Positions 10,041-20,284 of a stretch of DNA of 64,000 nucleotides are shown one piece after another. Source of the DNA: a bacterium. Lineage in GTDB: Bacteria; SAR324; NAC60-12. Where the stretch lies: assembly GCA_965205865.1 (NCBI GenBank), contig CBDBHR010000029.1, forward strand, positions 800,001 through 864,000, in the 5' to 3' direction. How positions within the stretch are numbered: position 1 is the first letter of the stretch; each line of letters begins with the position of its first letter. The notes beneath the pieces are model-generated. The model saw only the letters and a list, made by a program, of their open reading frames with translations. It had not been told where the DNA came from and made no database searches. The position numbers and the translations under genes were made by a program.

Positions 10041-10070
10041 GCCAGTTTGCGTGCGGGGCACGCAACTGGC
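10041..10070 (-). terminator. Probable intrinsic terminator downstream of the porin gene
   Basis: GCCAGTT(T)GCGTGC-GGG-GCACGCAACTGGC stem, followed by TTTATT on the minus strand. Confidence 0.55.
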
Positions 10071-10265
10071 TACTCCATCACGCTGCCTTAAAATAGCAGC
10101 CCGGGAACTGGTAGGGAGGAGAAGAAGAAAGCAGGTGAGCTTGATCGACAAAGAGCCTGATACACGGGAATCCTCCGCATGGTCTGTTGGGGGGCGTCCA
10201 CGCAGAGGGGACCCATGTATTCTCCGCAAGGAGCGAATCAGGCAATCGAAAAATGGCAGCCGGAC

Positions 10266-11258
10266 TTAGAATGCGTAATTGAAACGTACCCGGAATAGCT
10301 TTGCTTCATCTTTTTCGGATTGCGACACGCCGTAACCGACTTTGATATGAGCTCCTTCCACAAGGGGGGCGACGTAAGAAATAAAGGAATCTCGTTGTAT
10401 AACCCCATCGCTGCTATTTTGATGCAGACCCACTCCAAAGGAACCGGCCATCATACTGACGGTCACGTACCCACCCGTCGAATTGGTTACCACATCATTG
10501 TTATCACCGGAAGTGTAGTTGACCCCCAAAGCAATAGCACCCACGTCTCCTGTCATCTTGAGGCCAAACCCGGACTTATTCTTGTCGTTTACGTTTCTAC
10601 CTCTTTCCTGAGCGGATTCGCTGAGAGTTTCATAAACAGCCGTGATGCCGATACCGCCTAACTTGAGATTCAACCAGGGACGAAAACCGATTTGATTGTT
10701 CTTTTTCTCGTCGTCATCATCTACGGTACCATTCTGAATTCTCACCTGGAACTTCAAGGAATCGTTGGGCGTGAAGGTCAGGTTGAATCCACCTACCGCC
10801 GACTTACTGGCCCAATCCGCAGCGTACCTGCCAACTGCATCAACATTCGGTAGCGCGATATCCTGCCCTGCAGTGTAGAGCCCTTCACCACCTTTTCGTC
10901 CCATGGTGATATTCCAGGCGGGACCTCCCACTTTAAAAAAGTAGTCACCTCCACCAACCGTTCCATCTTGCTTGGCTTCAATGGCGCCTTCTCCCCCGAC
11001 GAAGACGTTGGCCATCATGTCGGTAGTGGCTTCAAATTTTAGTTTAGCCCGCCCACCCTGGGAGTTGGCGGTGGATTGGGTACCATCCGAATCTTTTTTT
11101 GTGGTCAAGACGTCGTTGTTGACTTCGACGTCGCCGCTGACAACAAGATTTCCCTTGACCATACCCATCATTTCTGCCGCCAGAACCGCGTTACCGCAGA
11201 ACGTGAGGCCGCAAACAATTGCGAACACATACATAAATGATCGTCTAATTGATTTCAT
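10266..11258 (-). CDS. Outer-membrane beta-barrel porin-like protein
   Basis: Sec signal peptide, alternating amphipathic strands, C-terminal beta-signal RVRFNYAF, RBS AAGGAG. Confidence 0.8.
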   Translation of the reverse strand: MKSIRRSFMYVFAIVCGLTFCGNAVLAAEMMGMVKGNLVVSGDVEVNNDVLTTKKDSDGTQSTANSQGGRAKLKFEATTDMMANVFVGGEGAIEAKQDGTVGGGDYFFKVGGPAWNITMGRKGGEGLYTAGQDIALPNVDAVGRYAADWASKSAVGGFNLTFTPNDSLKFQVRIQNGTVDDDDEKKNNQIGFRPWLNLKLGGIGITAVYETLSESAQERGRNVNDKNKSGFGLKMTGDVGAIALGVNYTSGDNNDVVTNSTGGYVTVSMMAGSFGVGLHQNSSDGVIQRDSFISYVAPLVEGAHIKVGYGVSQSEKDEAKLFRVRFNYAF

Positions 11259-11481
11259 ATCACTCCTTACTTAATAATGAATTCAAATTTACACTCGCCA
11301 CCGCTTGGGGTGGCATTTCAGGTTTGAATGAATTTCAAACCAGATTTCAAACAACCCGGTAAACAACTACCAGATTTGCAGTCAGCATCTCACCTCATCT
11401 CTTCGATTTTCCATAACCGAAATCCATCGAAAACCTCCCTGCCAGACAGTACTGAGAAATTCCGTTGAGACTGTCCTTAGA

Positions 11482-11510
11482 GTTATATAAAGAAATTCAG
11501 GGGATGTCAA
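11482..11510 (-). promoter_or_regulatory. Sigma70-type promoter upstream of the porin gene
   Basis: TTGACA-17 nt-TATAAC on the minus strand. Confidence 0.6.
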
Positions 11511-11697
11511 CATTTTTTCCGTCATTTCAAAAAAAAACACGATTTTATCCATTTTCACGCCAGCTGTACGTTTTTTTCGCAAGAAAACCGTTTTGCGCGA
11601 AATTCATACAGCCAACGCTTATTCCGCTCTCAATCAACAATTCATTCAAATTTCATTCCATTCTACTGCCGTATCAAATAAATATGGATGCTATCCA

Positions 11698-12633
11698 CTA
11701 CGCATCCGCTTCCTTTTCATTTTCGCCGGTGAGCTTGACGAAAATCTCCTCGAGACTCATTTCCATGGTTTCCATAGCAAGCAGCGTCCAGCCTTCGCGG
11801 GCCAGAGCTTCGCTGATTTCGGCCTGGGGTTCCTGGTCCGTGGAAAAGCCGACCAGGTAATAGGGTTCCTGGTAGTCGACGTCGAGCACCGAATCGATGC
11901 GCGCCAGGCGGTCGCAGACTGATTCCACCGGACCCTGCGCTTTCAAACGCAGGCGTTGTTCTCCTTTGAGAATGGAGGAGAGATTTTCGATGCTGTCCTC
12001 TGCCACGATTCTACCCTCGTGAATGATGATGACGCGTTCACAAATCAAGCTCACTTCGGGCAAGATATGGGTAGAGAGCAAGATGGTGCGCCGCTGACCC
12101 AGGGTTTTGATCAACTCCTTGGTCTGAACGACCTGCAGCGGATCGATGCCCACCGTGGGTTCATCGAGAATCAAGACCTCCGGATCATGAATGATCGCCT
12201 GGGCCAGTCCCACTCTCTGGCGAAATCCTTTGGACAATTTACCCGTGATGACGTCAATATACTCTTCAAGGTGGCAGATGTCAACGACTTCGTCGATACG
12301 ACGCTTTGTCGTTTGCCGGTCCAAACCCCGTAATCTGGCCGCGAAACCCAGATAGGCCCGCGTGGTCATATCGCTGTAGAGCGGGATGGTTTCCGGAAGG
12401 TAGCCGATGTGCTGGCGTCCTTTCAAGGAGTTTTGACGCATATTGTGTTCCCCGACCCATACTTCGCCTTCGCTGGGCATGAGATAGCCCGTTATGGCGC
12501 GCATGGTGGTGGTCTTGCCGGCGCCATTGGGACCGAGAAAGCCGACCACTTCCCCTTTGGCGACGTTGAAACTGACGTTATCGACCGCCAGACGTTCACC
12601 ATAGTATTTGGTCATGTTTTCAATGCGGATCAT
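11698..12633 (-). CDS. ABC-2 type (GldA-like) ATP-binding protein
   Basis: GPNGAGKTT, LSKGFRQR, LILDEPT. Start taken at ATG 12633, overlapping the PPIase stop. Confidence 0.92.
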   Translation of the reverse strand: MIRIENMTKYYGERLAVDNVSFNVAKGEVVGFLGPNGAGKTTTMRAITGYLMPSEGEVWVGEHNMRQNSLKGRQHIGYLPETIPLYSDMTTRAYLGFAARLRGLDRQTTKRRIDEVVDICHLEEYIDVITGKLSKGFRQRVGLAQAIIHDPEVLILDEPTVGIDPLQVVQTKELIKTLGQRRTILLSTHILPEVSLICERVIIIHEGRIVAEDSIENLSSILKGEQRLRLKAQGPVESVCDRLARIDSVLDVDYQEPYYLVGFSTDQEPQAEISEALAREGWTLLAMETMEMSLEEIFVKLTGENEKEADA

Positions 12634-13613
12634 TGCTCTTTTTCGTCCTCGGGTTTCATTCTCATCATTTGCCAGCGGGCCCAAGCGTCGGTTTCCGAAT
12701 CCCAACCATTGGTGAAGCCATGAAAAGTGATTTTGTAGAATTGGAATTCCTTGGCTGCCCAATCGTCGACGAGCCGGGCTTTCTGGATTTGCAGCGCTTG
12801 TTCACTCAATTCCCGGGCAGCGGCCTTTTCCCTGACCAGGATGATAGCAAAGAGTTGTTCTTGCAAACGAATCGGTTCGCTGGGCTCGCCCACCTCGATT
12901 GAGAAAGCTCTGTGCGACAACATGGGAGTGAGCGAATTCCGGGGATGCCAGCCGATATCACCCTGATTCTCCCTCGCATCCACGGAGAGATTGACTTCTC
13001 CTGCCAATTCAAAAAAATCCTCGCCTTCATCCAGTCGTTTCCTGACTTCACTGATAGCCTCCATGGACTGTTGGACAATCATATAAATACGAACCTGTTC
13101 CGCCACCGTCGGCGCACGTTGCGCCAGATATTCCGTCAAGCCCCGTCGAAAGACGTTGGTGCGCGCAATTTCGCGGAACTCCTCATCGCTCAGTTGGGAT
13201 TGATTGAGTTGCTGCCGGTACCACTCTTCAAATTCATTTTCTCTGATGGACTCCGCGCCACGTTTGGCCACTTCTCTTAAAAATTGGTCGATTTGCTCGT
13301 CAGTGACTTTGAGATTGTAAGGCGCTTTGGGAGCGCTTTGCCGGATGACTTCTTCGATGGCCAGACGATTGAGCACGGAGGTGGCCCCTCCGAAAGAAAG
13401 ATTCGCTTCCTCAAACTTCATACGTTTGAGGAAATAACCCATTTTCACGCTCGTATCGTTGATCCTCAAGACAACCGTCTCGAATGGTTCGATCTGTTGT
13501 CGGTAGATGGCATAACCTGCAATGGCCCCGATGACAACAACAACGATTACGGCAGCAATCAGGGTTTTCACCAGACTCTGACCCGACTGCTCCTTCTTTT
13601 TATTCTCTCCCAT
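12630..13613 (-). CDS. Membrane-anchored SurA/PrsA-like parvulin PPIase (foldase)
   Basis: Single N-terminal TM, SurA-N-like helical region, parvulin-like GEDFFELA...GDIGW...GEPSEPI. Confidence 0.75.
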   Translation of the reverse strand: MGENKKKEQSGQSLVKTLIAAVIVVVVIGAIAGYAIYRQQIEPFETVVLRINDTSVKMGYFLKRMKFEEANLSFGGATSVLNRLAIEEVIRQSAPKAPYNLKVTDEQIDQFLREVAKRGAESIRENEFEEWYRQQLNQSQLSDEEFREIARTNVFRRGLTEYLAQRAPTVAEQVRIYMIVQQSMEAISEVRKRLDEGEDFFELAGEVNLSVDARENQGDIGWHPRNSLTPMLSHRAFSIEVGEPSEPIRLQEQLFAIILVREKAAARELSEQALQIQKARLVDDWAAKEFQFYKITFHGFTNGWDSETDAWARWQMMRMKPEDEKEQ

Positions 13614-13679
13614 AAAATATGTCTACTAAAATAAACCCCCTTGTTCAGGGGGCTCTATATATTCATTACAACGGACGTG

Positions 13680-14660
13680 TCAGACGCGATGACAGGCAAC
13701 CCAGTGTTCTCTGCCAACTGTTCTCAATTCCTGCTTCACGGTCTTGCATTCCTCGACTGCCATGTGACAGCGGGTATGAAAAGGACAACCACTGGGTGGG
13801 TTGATCGGGCTCGGAACGTCTCCTGTCAACACGATGCGCTCCCGCGTACGGTCCACCTCGGGATCGGGGATGGGAACCGCAGAGAGCAACGAAATCGTGT
13901 AGGGATGTTGGGGGTCCCTGTAAAGCTGCTCGCTGGAGGTGATTTCCACGATCTTGCCCAGATACATGACGGCGACTCGATCACTGATGTGGCGTACCAC
14001 CGACAGGTCGTGCGAGATGAAAAGATAGGTCAGGTTCAACTCCTCGCGCAGCGTCATCAGAAGCTTGATGATCTGCGCCTGGATCGAGACGTCCAACGCG
14101 GAGACCGCTTCGTCACAGACGATGAAGGAAGGTCTGGCAGCGAGCGCGCGCGCAATACCGATGCGTTGTCTTTGACCTCCGCTGAACTCGTGAGGGTAAC
14201 GATCAGCCATACGTGGCTCCAAACCGACCATGTTCAATAAATTGTTGACCTCTTCTCTGTACAGGCGCCCCTTGGCGAGTTTGTGTACGATCAGGGGTTC
14301 ACCGATGATATTGCCGACGGCCATTCGTGGATTGAGGGAGGCGAAAGGATCCTGGAAGATGGGCTGCATGTGGACGCGCATCCTTCTCAGTTCTTCACCT
14401 TTCATCTCGATCAGGTTCCTGCCTTCGAACAATACTTTCCCGGCCGTCACCTCTTGAAGTTTCAAAATGGAGCGTCCGGTGGTGGTCTTACCACAACCAC
14501 TTTCGCCCACCAATCCCAGCGTCTCTCCTCTGCGGATATAGAAGCTGACATCGTCCACAGCTTTCACTTCTCCGGTCTTGCGCTGGAAAATACCGCTGTA
14601 AATCGGGAAATATGTGACCAGATTTTCCACATCGACTAGTTTTTCCTCTTGAACTGCCAA
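13680..14660 (-). CDS. oppF: Oligopeptide ABC transporter ATP-binding protein (OppF-type)
   Basis: GESGCGKTT, FSGGQRQR, C-terminal GCPFHTRC...VACH. Confidence 0.9.
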   Translation of the reverse strand: MAVQEEKLVDVENLVTYFPIYSGIFQRKTGEVKAVDDVSFYIRRGETLGLVGESGCGKTTTGRSILKLQEVTAGKVLFEGRNLIEMKGEELRRMRVHMQPIFQDPFASLNPRMAVGNIIGEPLIVHKLAKGRLYREEVNNLLNMVGLEPRMADRYPHEFSGGQRQRIGIARALAARPSFIVCDEAVSALDVSIQAQIIKLLMTLREELNLTYLFISHDLSVVRHISDRVAVMYLGKIVEITSSEQLYRDPQHPYTISLLSAVPIPDPEVDRTRERIVLTGDVPSPINPPSGCPFHTRCHMAVEECKTVKQELRTVGREHWVACHRV

Positions 14661-14673
14661 TTCGACCTCCTTT

Positions 14674-15684
14674 CTATCGACTCAATTTGGCCGCTTCATA
14701 GAAGCAAGCGCGGTAATGATCTTTGCCCACTTCTTCCAATTCCGGCTTTACTTCACGACACTGATCCATGACATAACTGCAACGTTCCGCAAAGGGACAA
14801 CCTATTGGCAGATTCGCCAGGTTGGGCGGCATCCCATCGATGACCGCAAGCTCTTCGGCTTTGGGCTCATCGAGTCTGGGGACCGAAGCCAGCAACGCGA
14901 TGGTATAGGGGTGCTTGGGATCGGAATAGATGACGTCGGTGGGTCCGGTTTCCACCAGGGAGCCGGCGTACATGACGTTGACGCGGTCCACGTAACGGGC
15001 CACCACTCCCAGGTTGTGAGTGATGATCAACACCGCCATGCCCATCTCTTCACGCAGTTCCGCAATCAGTTCCAGAATCTGGGCCTGCACCGTTACGTCG
15101 AGGGCGGTGGTTGGTTCGTCGGCAATGATCAACTCGGGTCTGCAACTGAGCGCCATAGCGATCATGATGCGCTGTTGCATACCTCCACTGAACTGGTGAG
15201 GATAGTCCATCACCCGTTGTCTCGCATCCGGAATGCCGACCAAATCCAGCAACTTGATACTTTCTTCCAGCGCCGTTCGTTTATTCATCCCCCGGTGAAG
15301 CTCCAACGCTTCGGAAATTTGACGCCGCACCGTCAAGACCGGATTCAGAGACGTCGAGGGCTCCTGAAACACCATGGCGATACGGTCGCCCCGAATTTCC
15401 CGGATGCGATCTTCCGTGACCTGCAACAGGTCCTCGCCCTTGAAGACGATCTCTCCACCTTCGATGATACCTGGCGGATAGGGAATGAGACGCAACACCG
15501 ACATGGCACTGACGCTCTTGCCGCAACCGCTCTCTCCCACCAAGCCCACGCACTCTGCCTTATGAACGTGATAAGAGAGCCCGTCGACTGCCTTGACCAC
15601 TCCTTCATTAGTATAGAAGTGCGTCCTCAACCCTTTGACGTCCAGGATTACTTCCTGTCCGTTTATTTCATTCTTAGCTTCCAT
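14674..15684 (-). CDS. oppD: Oligopeptide ABC transporter ATP-binding protein (OppD-type)
   Basis: GESGCGKS, FSGGMQQR, DEPTTALD, GCPFAERC. Confidence 0.9.
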   Translation of the reverse strand: MEAKNEINGQEVILDVKGLRTHFYTNEGVVKAVDGLSYHVHKAECVGLVGESGCGKSVSAMSVLRLIPYPPGIIEGGEIVFKGEDLLQVTEDRIREIRGDRIAMVFQEPSTSLNPVLTVRRQISEALELHRGMNKRTALEESIKLLDLVGIPDARQRVMDYPHQFSGGMQQRIMIAMALSCRPELIIADEPTTALDVTVQAQILELIAELREEMGMAVLIITHNLGVVARYVDRVNVMYAGSLVETGPTDVIYSDPKHPYTIALLASVPRLDEPKAEELAVIDGMPPNLANLPIGCPFAERCSYVMDQCREVKPELEEVGKDHYRACFYEAAKLSR

Positions 15685-15889
15685 CGTAACACCACAATTT
15701 TGTTTAAGGTCTTATCAATACAACATTTTTTTCGTCGTGTAAACAATTTATCCATCTCCGGCATTCTATTGCTACAGCACCCCGTGTGGCAGTGTCAAGC
15801 AAAAATAATGATTGAATCGAATTTTTTTACGTTACGCTACTTTTTTTAATTTCGCAACCTTTGATTTTTTCTCGAAAAGGGTGAAATCA

Positions 15890-16858
15890 TCAACTGAGCA
15901 CTTCCTTATTGACGACGTAATTGGGATCGAGCTTGCCGTCGAAAGCGTCGACGATGTTTTGAGCCGCGCGAAAATCCATCCGGTACATCGCTTCTTCGGT
16001 CGTACCTGCAATATGCGGTGAAAGGAGAATATTGTCCAGCTCGAACAGTGGCCAGTCCGCAGGGGGAGGTTCGAGGTCAAATGCGTCGAGACCGGCAGCC
16101 GCAATGGTTTTTTCCTTCAAGGCCTGATAGAGGGCTTTCTCCTCCACGATACCGCCCCGTGCCGTGTTGACGACAAAGGCGGTGGATTTCATGGCATCGA
16201 GTTCGGCGCTGCCGACCATCCCTGTGGTTTCTTTTGTTTTGGGGCAGTTTATGGAGAGGAAGTCGACTTGCGGCAGCAAGGCCCGCCAATCCGTGACAGG
16301 CGTAGCGCCCGAGCCGGTAATGACCCGAGGATCGATATAAGGGTCATAAATAAAAATTTCCATCTCCATGGCAACCAGTCTCTTTACCAGGTACCCGCCG
16401 ATACGACCGAAGCCGAGTACGAGAACCTTGCGGCCGGCGAGGTCAAAACAGGGCTCGGCTCTGCGTATGCTCCAATTGCCCTTTCTTATCTCACGGTCGT
16501 AAACGCGACTGCATTTGGCCAGTGCCAGCATCATATAAAGGGCATGCTCCGCCACCGAGACGGAATTCGCAGTGCCCACGACCGCCAGGGGAATGCCTGC
16601 CCGAGTCAATGCCGGGACGTCAACCGAATCGTAGCCGACTCCCAGACGGGCAGCGACTTTCAGGCGCGTGGCCTTTGCCACCATCTGGGCCGTCAAGGGA
16701 GCAAGGCCAAGAAGCACCGCGTCATAATCAACGATTCGGAGAAGAAGGTTTTCCTCCGATGTTTCGGTAAAGAGCTCGTATTCAACGTCGGGGCGAGTGT
16801 CGAAAACCTTCCGAATACCTTCACGGATGCCTGTTTGCACCATCACTCGTTTCGTCAT
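15890..16858 (-). CDS. D-isomer-specific 2-hydroxyacid dehydrogenase (SerA-like, no ACT domain)
   Basis: GVGYDSVD, GFGRIG, NTARG, EPP, SPHIAG. Confidence 0.9.
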   Translation of the reverse strand: MTKRVMVQTGIREGIRKVFDTRPDVEYELFTETSEENLLLRIVDYDAVLLGLAPLTAQMVAKATRLKVAARLGVGYDSVDVPALTRAGIPLAVVGTANSVSVAEHALYMMLALAKCSRVYDREIRKGNWSIRRAEPCFDLAGRKVLVLGFGRIGGYLVKRLVAMEMEIFIYDPYIDPRVITGSGATPVTDWRALLPQVDFLSINCPKTKETTGMVGSAELDAMKSTAFVVNTARGGIVEEKALYQALKEKTIAAAGLDAFDLEPPPADWPLFELDNILLSPHIAGTTEEAMYRMDFRAAQNIVDAFDGKLDPNYVVNKEVLS

Positions 16859-17640
16859 AACCGTGTTATTTTCTTTCTCTGTCGTTCAACTCAACTGTGT
16901 CGGCTCCTGCGAAAATGAGGAGAATTGCGCACAAATTATCTTACTTATTCGCAGTTGTCAATAAAAAATCCTTATTTGTCTCAATTATTCGTAGTTTATC
17001 GTATTTTAAACAGATTTTCTCAAGCAATCGTTCAAGCGGGAATCGAGGTGCCAGCCGCATTGTGAGCGACATGTGTGTATATTTTAGCAGGAAAATTTGC
17101 ATTGCCAGGTTCAATCTCACCCTGGATGCGCGTTGTCCATGTCCCATCCGTTTTCATTTCCGCTTGCGCGCTCAATATCTCTGCTACTTCATCAATATAA
17201 GGATTGATTATCGACGTCATACATTTCGATTGTCAGATCGACTTTGCATAGTTGGTCCTTAATATCCCACTCGACTTGCGCAGCTCGGTCCTCGATTTGC
17301 ATATCGATTCGAGCAATCCGGTCCTCGTAACGGCTGTCGACTCGAGCGATTCGTTCTTCGTAATCTTGAAGCGTAACGCAACCGGTGATAAAAAAAGCCG
17401 CCAATACGATAAAAAAACACTACTGCGATGAAAATTTCTACTTTCCATATCTTGATCAGCTAAAATTAAATAATCCCATGCCAGCTTTTTATAAATCGGC
17501 GCCGAGTTTCCCTCGGCATTCTCTTCTACATATTCGTCTTTTGGATGTCAAGAAATTTTTGACATACACAGCTCATAATGCGTATATAACCGTCTTTCGC
17601 AGGAATGACAAGGTTTCTCCAAGATATGAAGATTCTATAA

Positions 17641-17995
17641 GATGCGGTGACCCTGCTTATTATCGCTGGCCTGCGCGGGACGGGTTGGGCTGTTTCCCCA
17701 AGTTTCCCGAACGGACCTGCCTGTTCCATCTGTTCAACTCCCACCGTTACCTGACAGCCCACTTATTGGCCAAGCCCATTGCGCTTGCAGCGATCGACAA
17801 CTGCAGGATTGAACTGCTTCAACCCGCCGCCATGGGCTGGATCCCCGGCAAATTGGGAAGAAGCGCTTCTCGAACCTGCGTTGGATCATCGGCTGCAAGC
17901 GGCGCCTCATGCTCATCCGGTTCAGGCAGGTCGTCGGCTGGAACTGCGACGCCACGTCGCCGACATTACCTTTCATCCACTGGTGAAGCGGTCGC
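17641..17995 (+). mobile_element. Degraded DDE transposase fragment (IS4/IS982-like) with frameshifts
   Basis: Reading across frames gives YYRW..RD..FPKFPERTCLFHLF...AIDNCRIELLQP / QIGKKRFSNLRWIIGCK...VVGWNC / HVADITFHPLV, resembling a DDE_Tnp_1-type transposase core recognised from memory. Confidence 0.6.
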
Positions 17996-18073
17996 CACAT
18001 ATTGATATGAAACTTTGGAGATGTCAACACTTTTTAAAAAAATATTCGGGACCCTTCAAAAATAGTAAAAAGT

Positions 18074-18181
18074 AGTTGACCGTTTGCCGCCTTCGTTGTC
18101 ATTCCTGCGCAGGCAGGAATCCAGTTGTAGTCACGAAGATGGATCCCCGCATTCGCGAGGATGACAGAGGAACTGTCAACT
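18074..18181. repeat. REP/dRS3-like palindromic element (GTCATTCC..GGAATCCA pair)
   Basis: TGTCATTCCTGCGCAGGCAGGAATCCA (18097-18123) and inverted TGGATCCCCGCATTCGCGAGGATGACA (18140-18166), enclosed by AGTTGAC/GTCAACT. A half copy, TTCGCAGGAATGACA, lies at 17596-17610. Confidence 0.8.
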
Positions 18182-18241
18182 GGAAAATGAAAGAAAGGTA
18201 GGTGGATATCGAGGTATAGTGACGAAACGTTAACCACCATT

Positions 18242-18879
18242 TCAGATACCTAAATTGCCTCTTGGGTTCGTTCGGACCTTAATCAATGCTGGCTCACTTT
18301 CGCCATACACGTTCTTGGATCTGACTTCCAATTCATACTCACATCAGATTTTAAACCAACAAAACCGCATCCGGTTATAGGAGTTTCGAATCCAATGCTC
18401 CACTCGCTGGAACCCGCTTCCCTTATACGAACGACATAAGTTATGGGAGGGGAGCATTTCGCTTCTATGCCATCCCCTTCTATTACACCCTTCAGCCCTT
18501 TCAATGCGATAGAGAAAGTTTTAGTCTTTCCATCCCAAGAAACAGGGGGTTTGGTTTGTTTTTTCATCAACCACTGTTGCTTGCTCATCACCTATTCCTC
18601 CGGACTTATACCCTTGACTTTAACCATAGACCCCGCATCCGGAGAATTGACCGGTAATTCCAGACGACCTTCCAACCAAGCGACACACTCAGTAATGCCA
18701 GTGATTTTTTCGCCAATATGCCGGACGTCTTCGCGTGTCGCGGATTTTTCGACGAGCTCACTAATGCGACTTTCCAGACGTCGTTCCATTTTTGTCAGCA
18801 TCCAATACCCTTAAACGATAAGAATAACGACTTCCGTCAAATTAGTTTCACGTATTAATTCTGTTATAATTGCATTCAT
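18242..18879 (-). pseudogene. Pseudogene of a TM + coiled-coil + fibronectin type III protein
   Basis: One frame from ATG 18879 is broken by TAA (18811-13) and TAG (18592-94), then a frameshift near 18341. The repaired C-terminus GLKSD.EYELEVRSKNVYGESEP is typical FN3. Confidence 0.75.
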
Positions 18880-19231
18880 CTTGTTTGCTATAATCGATCG
18901 CGCGTACGTGTTATGGCGAAAAAACCGACAAAGATCATGGCTACGGCTGGCTAAATACTGTAATTATTTGATTATAAAAGCATTATATTAGCCCTACCGC
19001 GCTAGTCATGCCCAAAGTCAATTTTATTGGTCTACACCGGGCAAAAGGCAAAAAATGATTGCGACCGGTAGTTGCTCAAGCCACCGTTTGAAGTATCAAC
19101 CGTTGGCGCTGGTTGCATAATGAAACTCACCGCCCAGAGGCGCGCAAATGATTTAAAAAAGCGCAGCTAAAAGGAATTTCCCGCCTTCCTGCCGCGTGAG
19201 TTGAGATTATCAATCGGTTTCCCTGGTCATT

Positions 19232-20251
19232 TCAGCGTTTGAGGGTCATTAATACCGGGCAATGGTCGCTCAGTTTTTGCTGATTACGGTCCGCATATTC
19301 CGCATCCTCTTCATATCCCATGCTGATCTTTTTAAATTCCGCGGATATTCCGTTGCGGAGAATCGACTTGTCGACTACCACAAAATCAATGTGTTCATCA
19401 TATCGTTTGGCGTGAGACGGCCAGCATACTTCGTCCTTTCCTTCAGGCCCCTTAACGAATTCCAGACCGCTGGGACTGCCATCATCGAGTTCCTTCCAGA
19501 AGTGCTCCGCTCCGGTGGAATTTGAATCGAGAACATTCATCCTGCGATTGAAGTCGCCTGCGACAATGGTCGCAATTCCCTGCGCAGCCTGCTGTTCAAG
19601 CCAGTTTTCCAGAATCGCATGCTGCGCCACCAAGGTCCTGCAGGCGAAGCGTGAACCGAATTCTTCTTTTGTAACGAGATCTTCGTCCTCTACGGGAAAT
19701 AATGGCCATTGGTGGCAAAACGATTTGAGATGCACCGCAAGCAATTTGACCGGGAGGCCTTCCAACTCGAATTCGACGACCATCGCTGACCGCGTCCTGC
19801 GGTGCTCCGCATTTCCGTTGCGAACGTCGAGGTGCCGAATCGCAAGCGCGTCGAGAGTATAAACCTTGGGAATTTCGGGAAATTTTTCCTTCGAAATAGC
19901 GAATGCGACAAAAATGTCGCGTTGCTCGGGAGGTCGAAATTCCTCGCCCCGCTGGTACTGGTCCGAAACGATCAAATGGTATTTTTCTTCAGGAAAGATC
20001 AAGCGCAGCGCAGTGGGGGAGCCAATTTCCTGCGCGGCCACGATGTCGGCACGCAGACTCCGAGCCACTTGCCGAAGACGCTCGTAATCGCTGGCGTCTC
20101 GTGGGATGGCCCCGTTACGAAGGGGCACCCCGGCCTCATGATGCAGATTCGCGATATTCCAGCTTCCCACTCTCAGCAGTTCTGTTGCGGAGAGAGAGGA
20201 TGGAATCGAAGCGGCAGCTAAAAGGGCAATGCTGAAAGCGAATTTGGGCAT
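19232..20251 (-). CDS. Secreted endonuclease/exonuclease/phosphatase (EEP) family protein
   Basis: Signal peptide, SWNI, AQEI, VHLKS, AGDFN, HIDF, SDHCP. Confidence 0.9.
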   Translation of the reverse strand: MPKFAFSIALLAAASIPSSLSATELLRVGSWNIANLHHEAGVPLRNGAIPRDASDYERLRQVARSLRADIVAAQEIGSPTALRLIFPEEKYHLIVSDQYQRGEEFRPPEQRDIFVAFAISKEKFPEIPKVYTLDALAIRHLDVRNGNAEHRRTRSAMVVEFELEGLPVKLLAVHLKSFCHQWPLFPVEDEDLVTKEEFGSRFACRTLVAQHAILENWLEQQAAQGIATIVAGDFNRRMNVLDSNSTGAEHFWKELDDGSPSGLEFVKGPEGKDEVCWPSHAKRYDEHIDFVVVDKSILRNGISAEFKKISMGYEEDAEYADRNQQKLSDHCPVLMTLKR

Positions 20252-20284
20252 GTCGGATCTCCTGTCGGGTTTTTGAGAACGTGG

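Noticed and set aside
14716-15849. Long antisense ORFs (this 377-aa one, also 24788-25849 and similar)
   Set aside because: Shadow frames opposite well-supported genes, with no recognisable motifs.
18592-18594. Recoded TAG (pyrrolysine or stop read-through) in the FN3 gene
   Set aside because: The same gene also has an in-frame TAA and a frameshift, so ordinary decay explains it; TAG is used as a normal stop elsewhere in the window.
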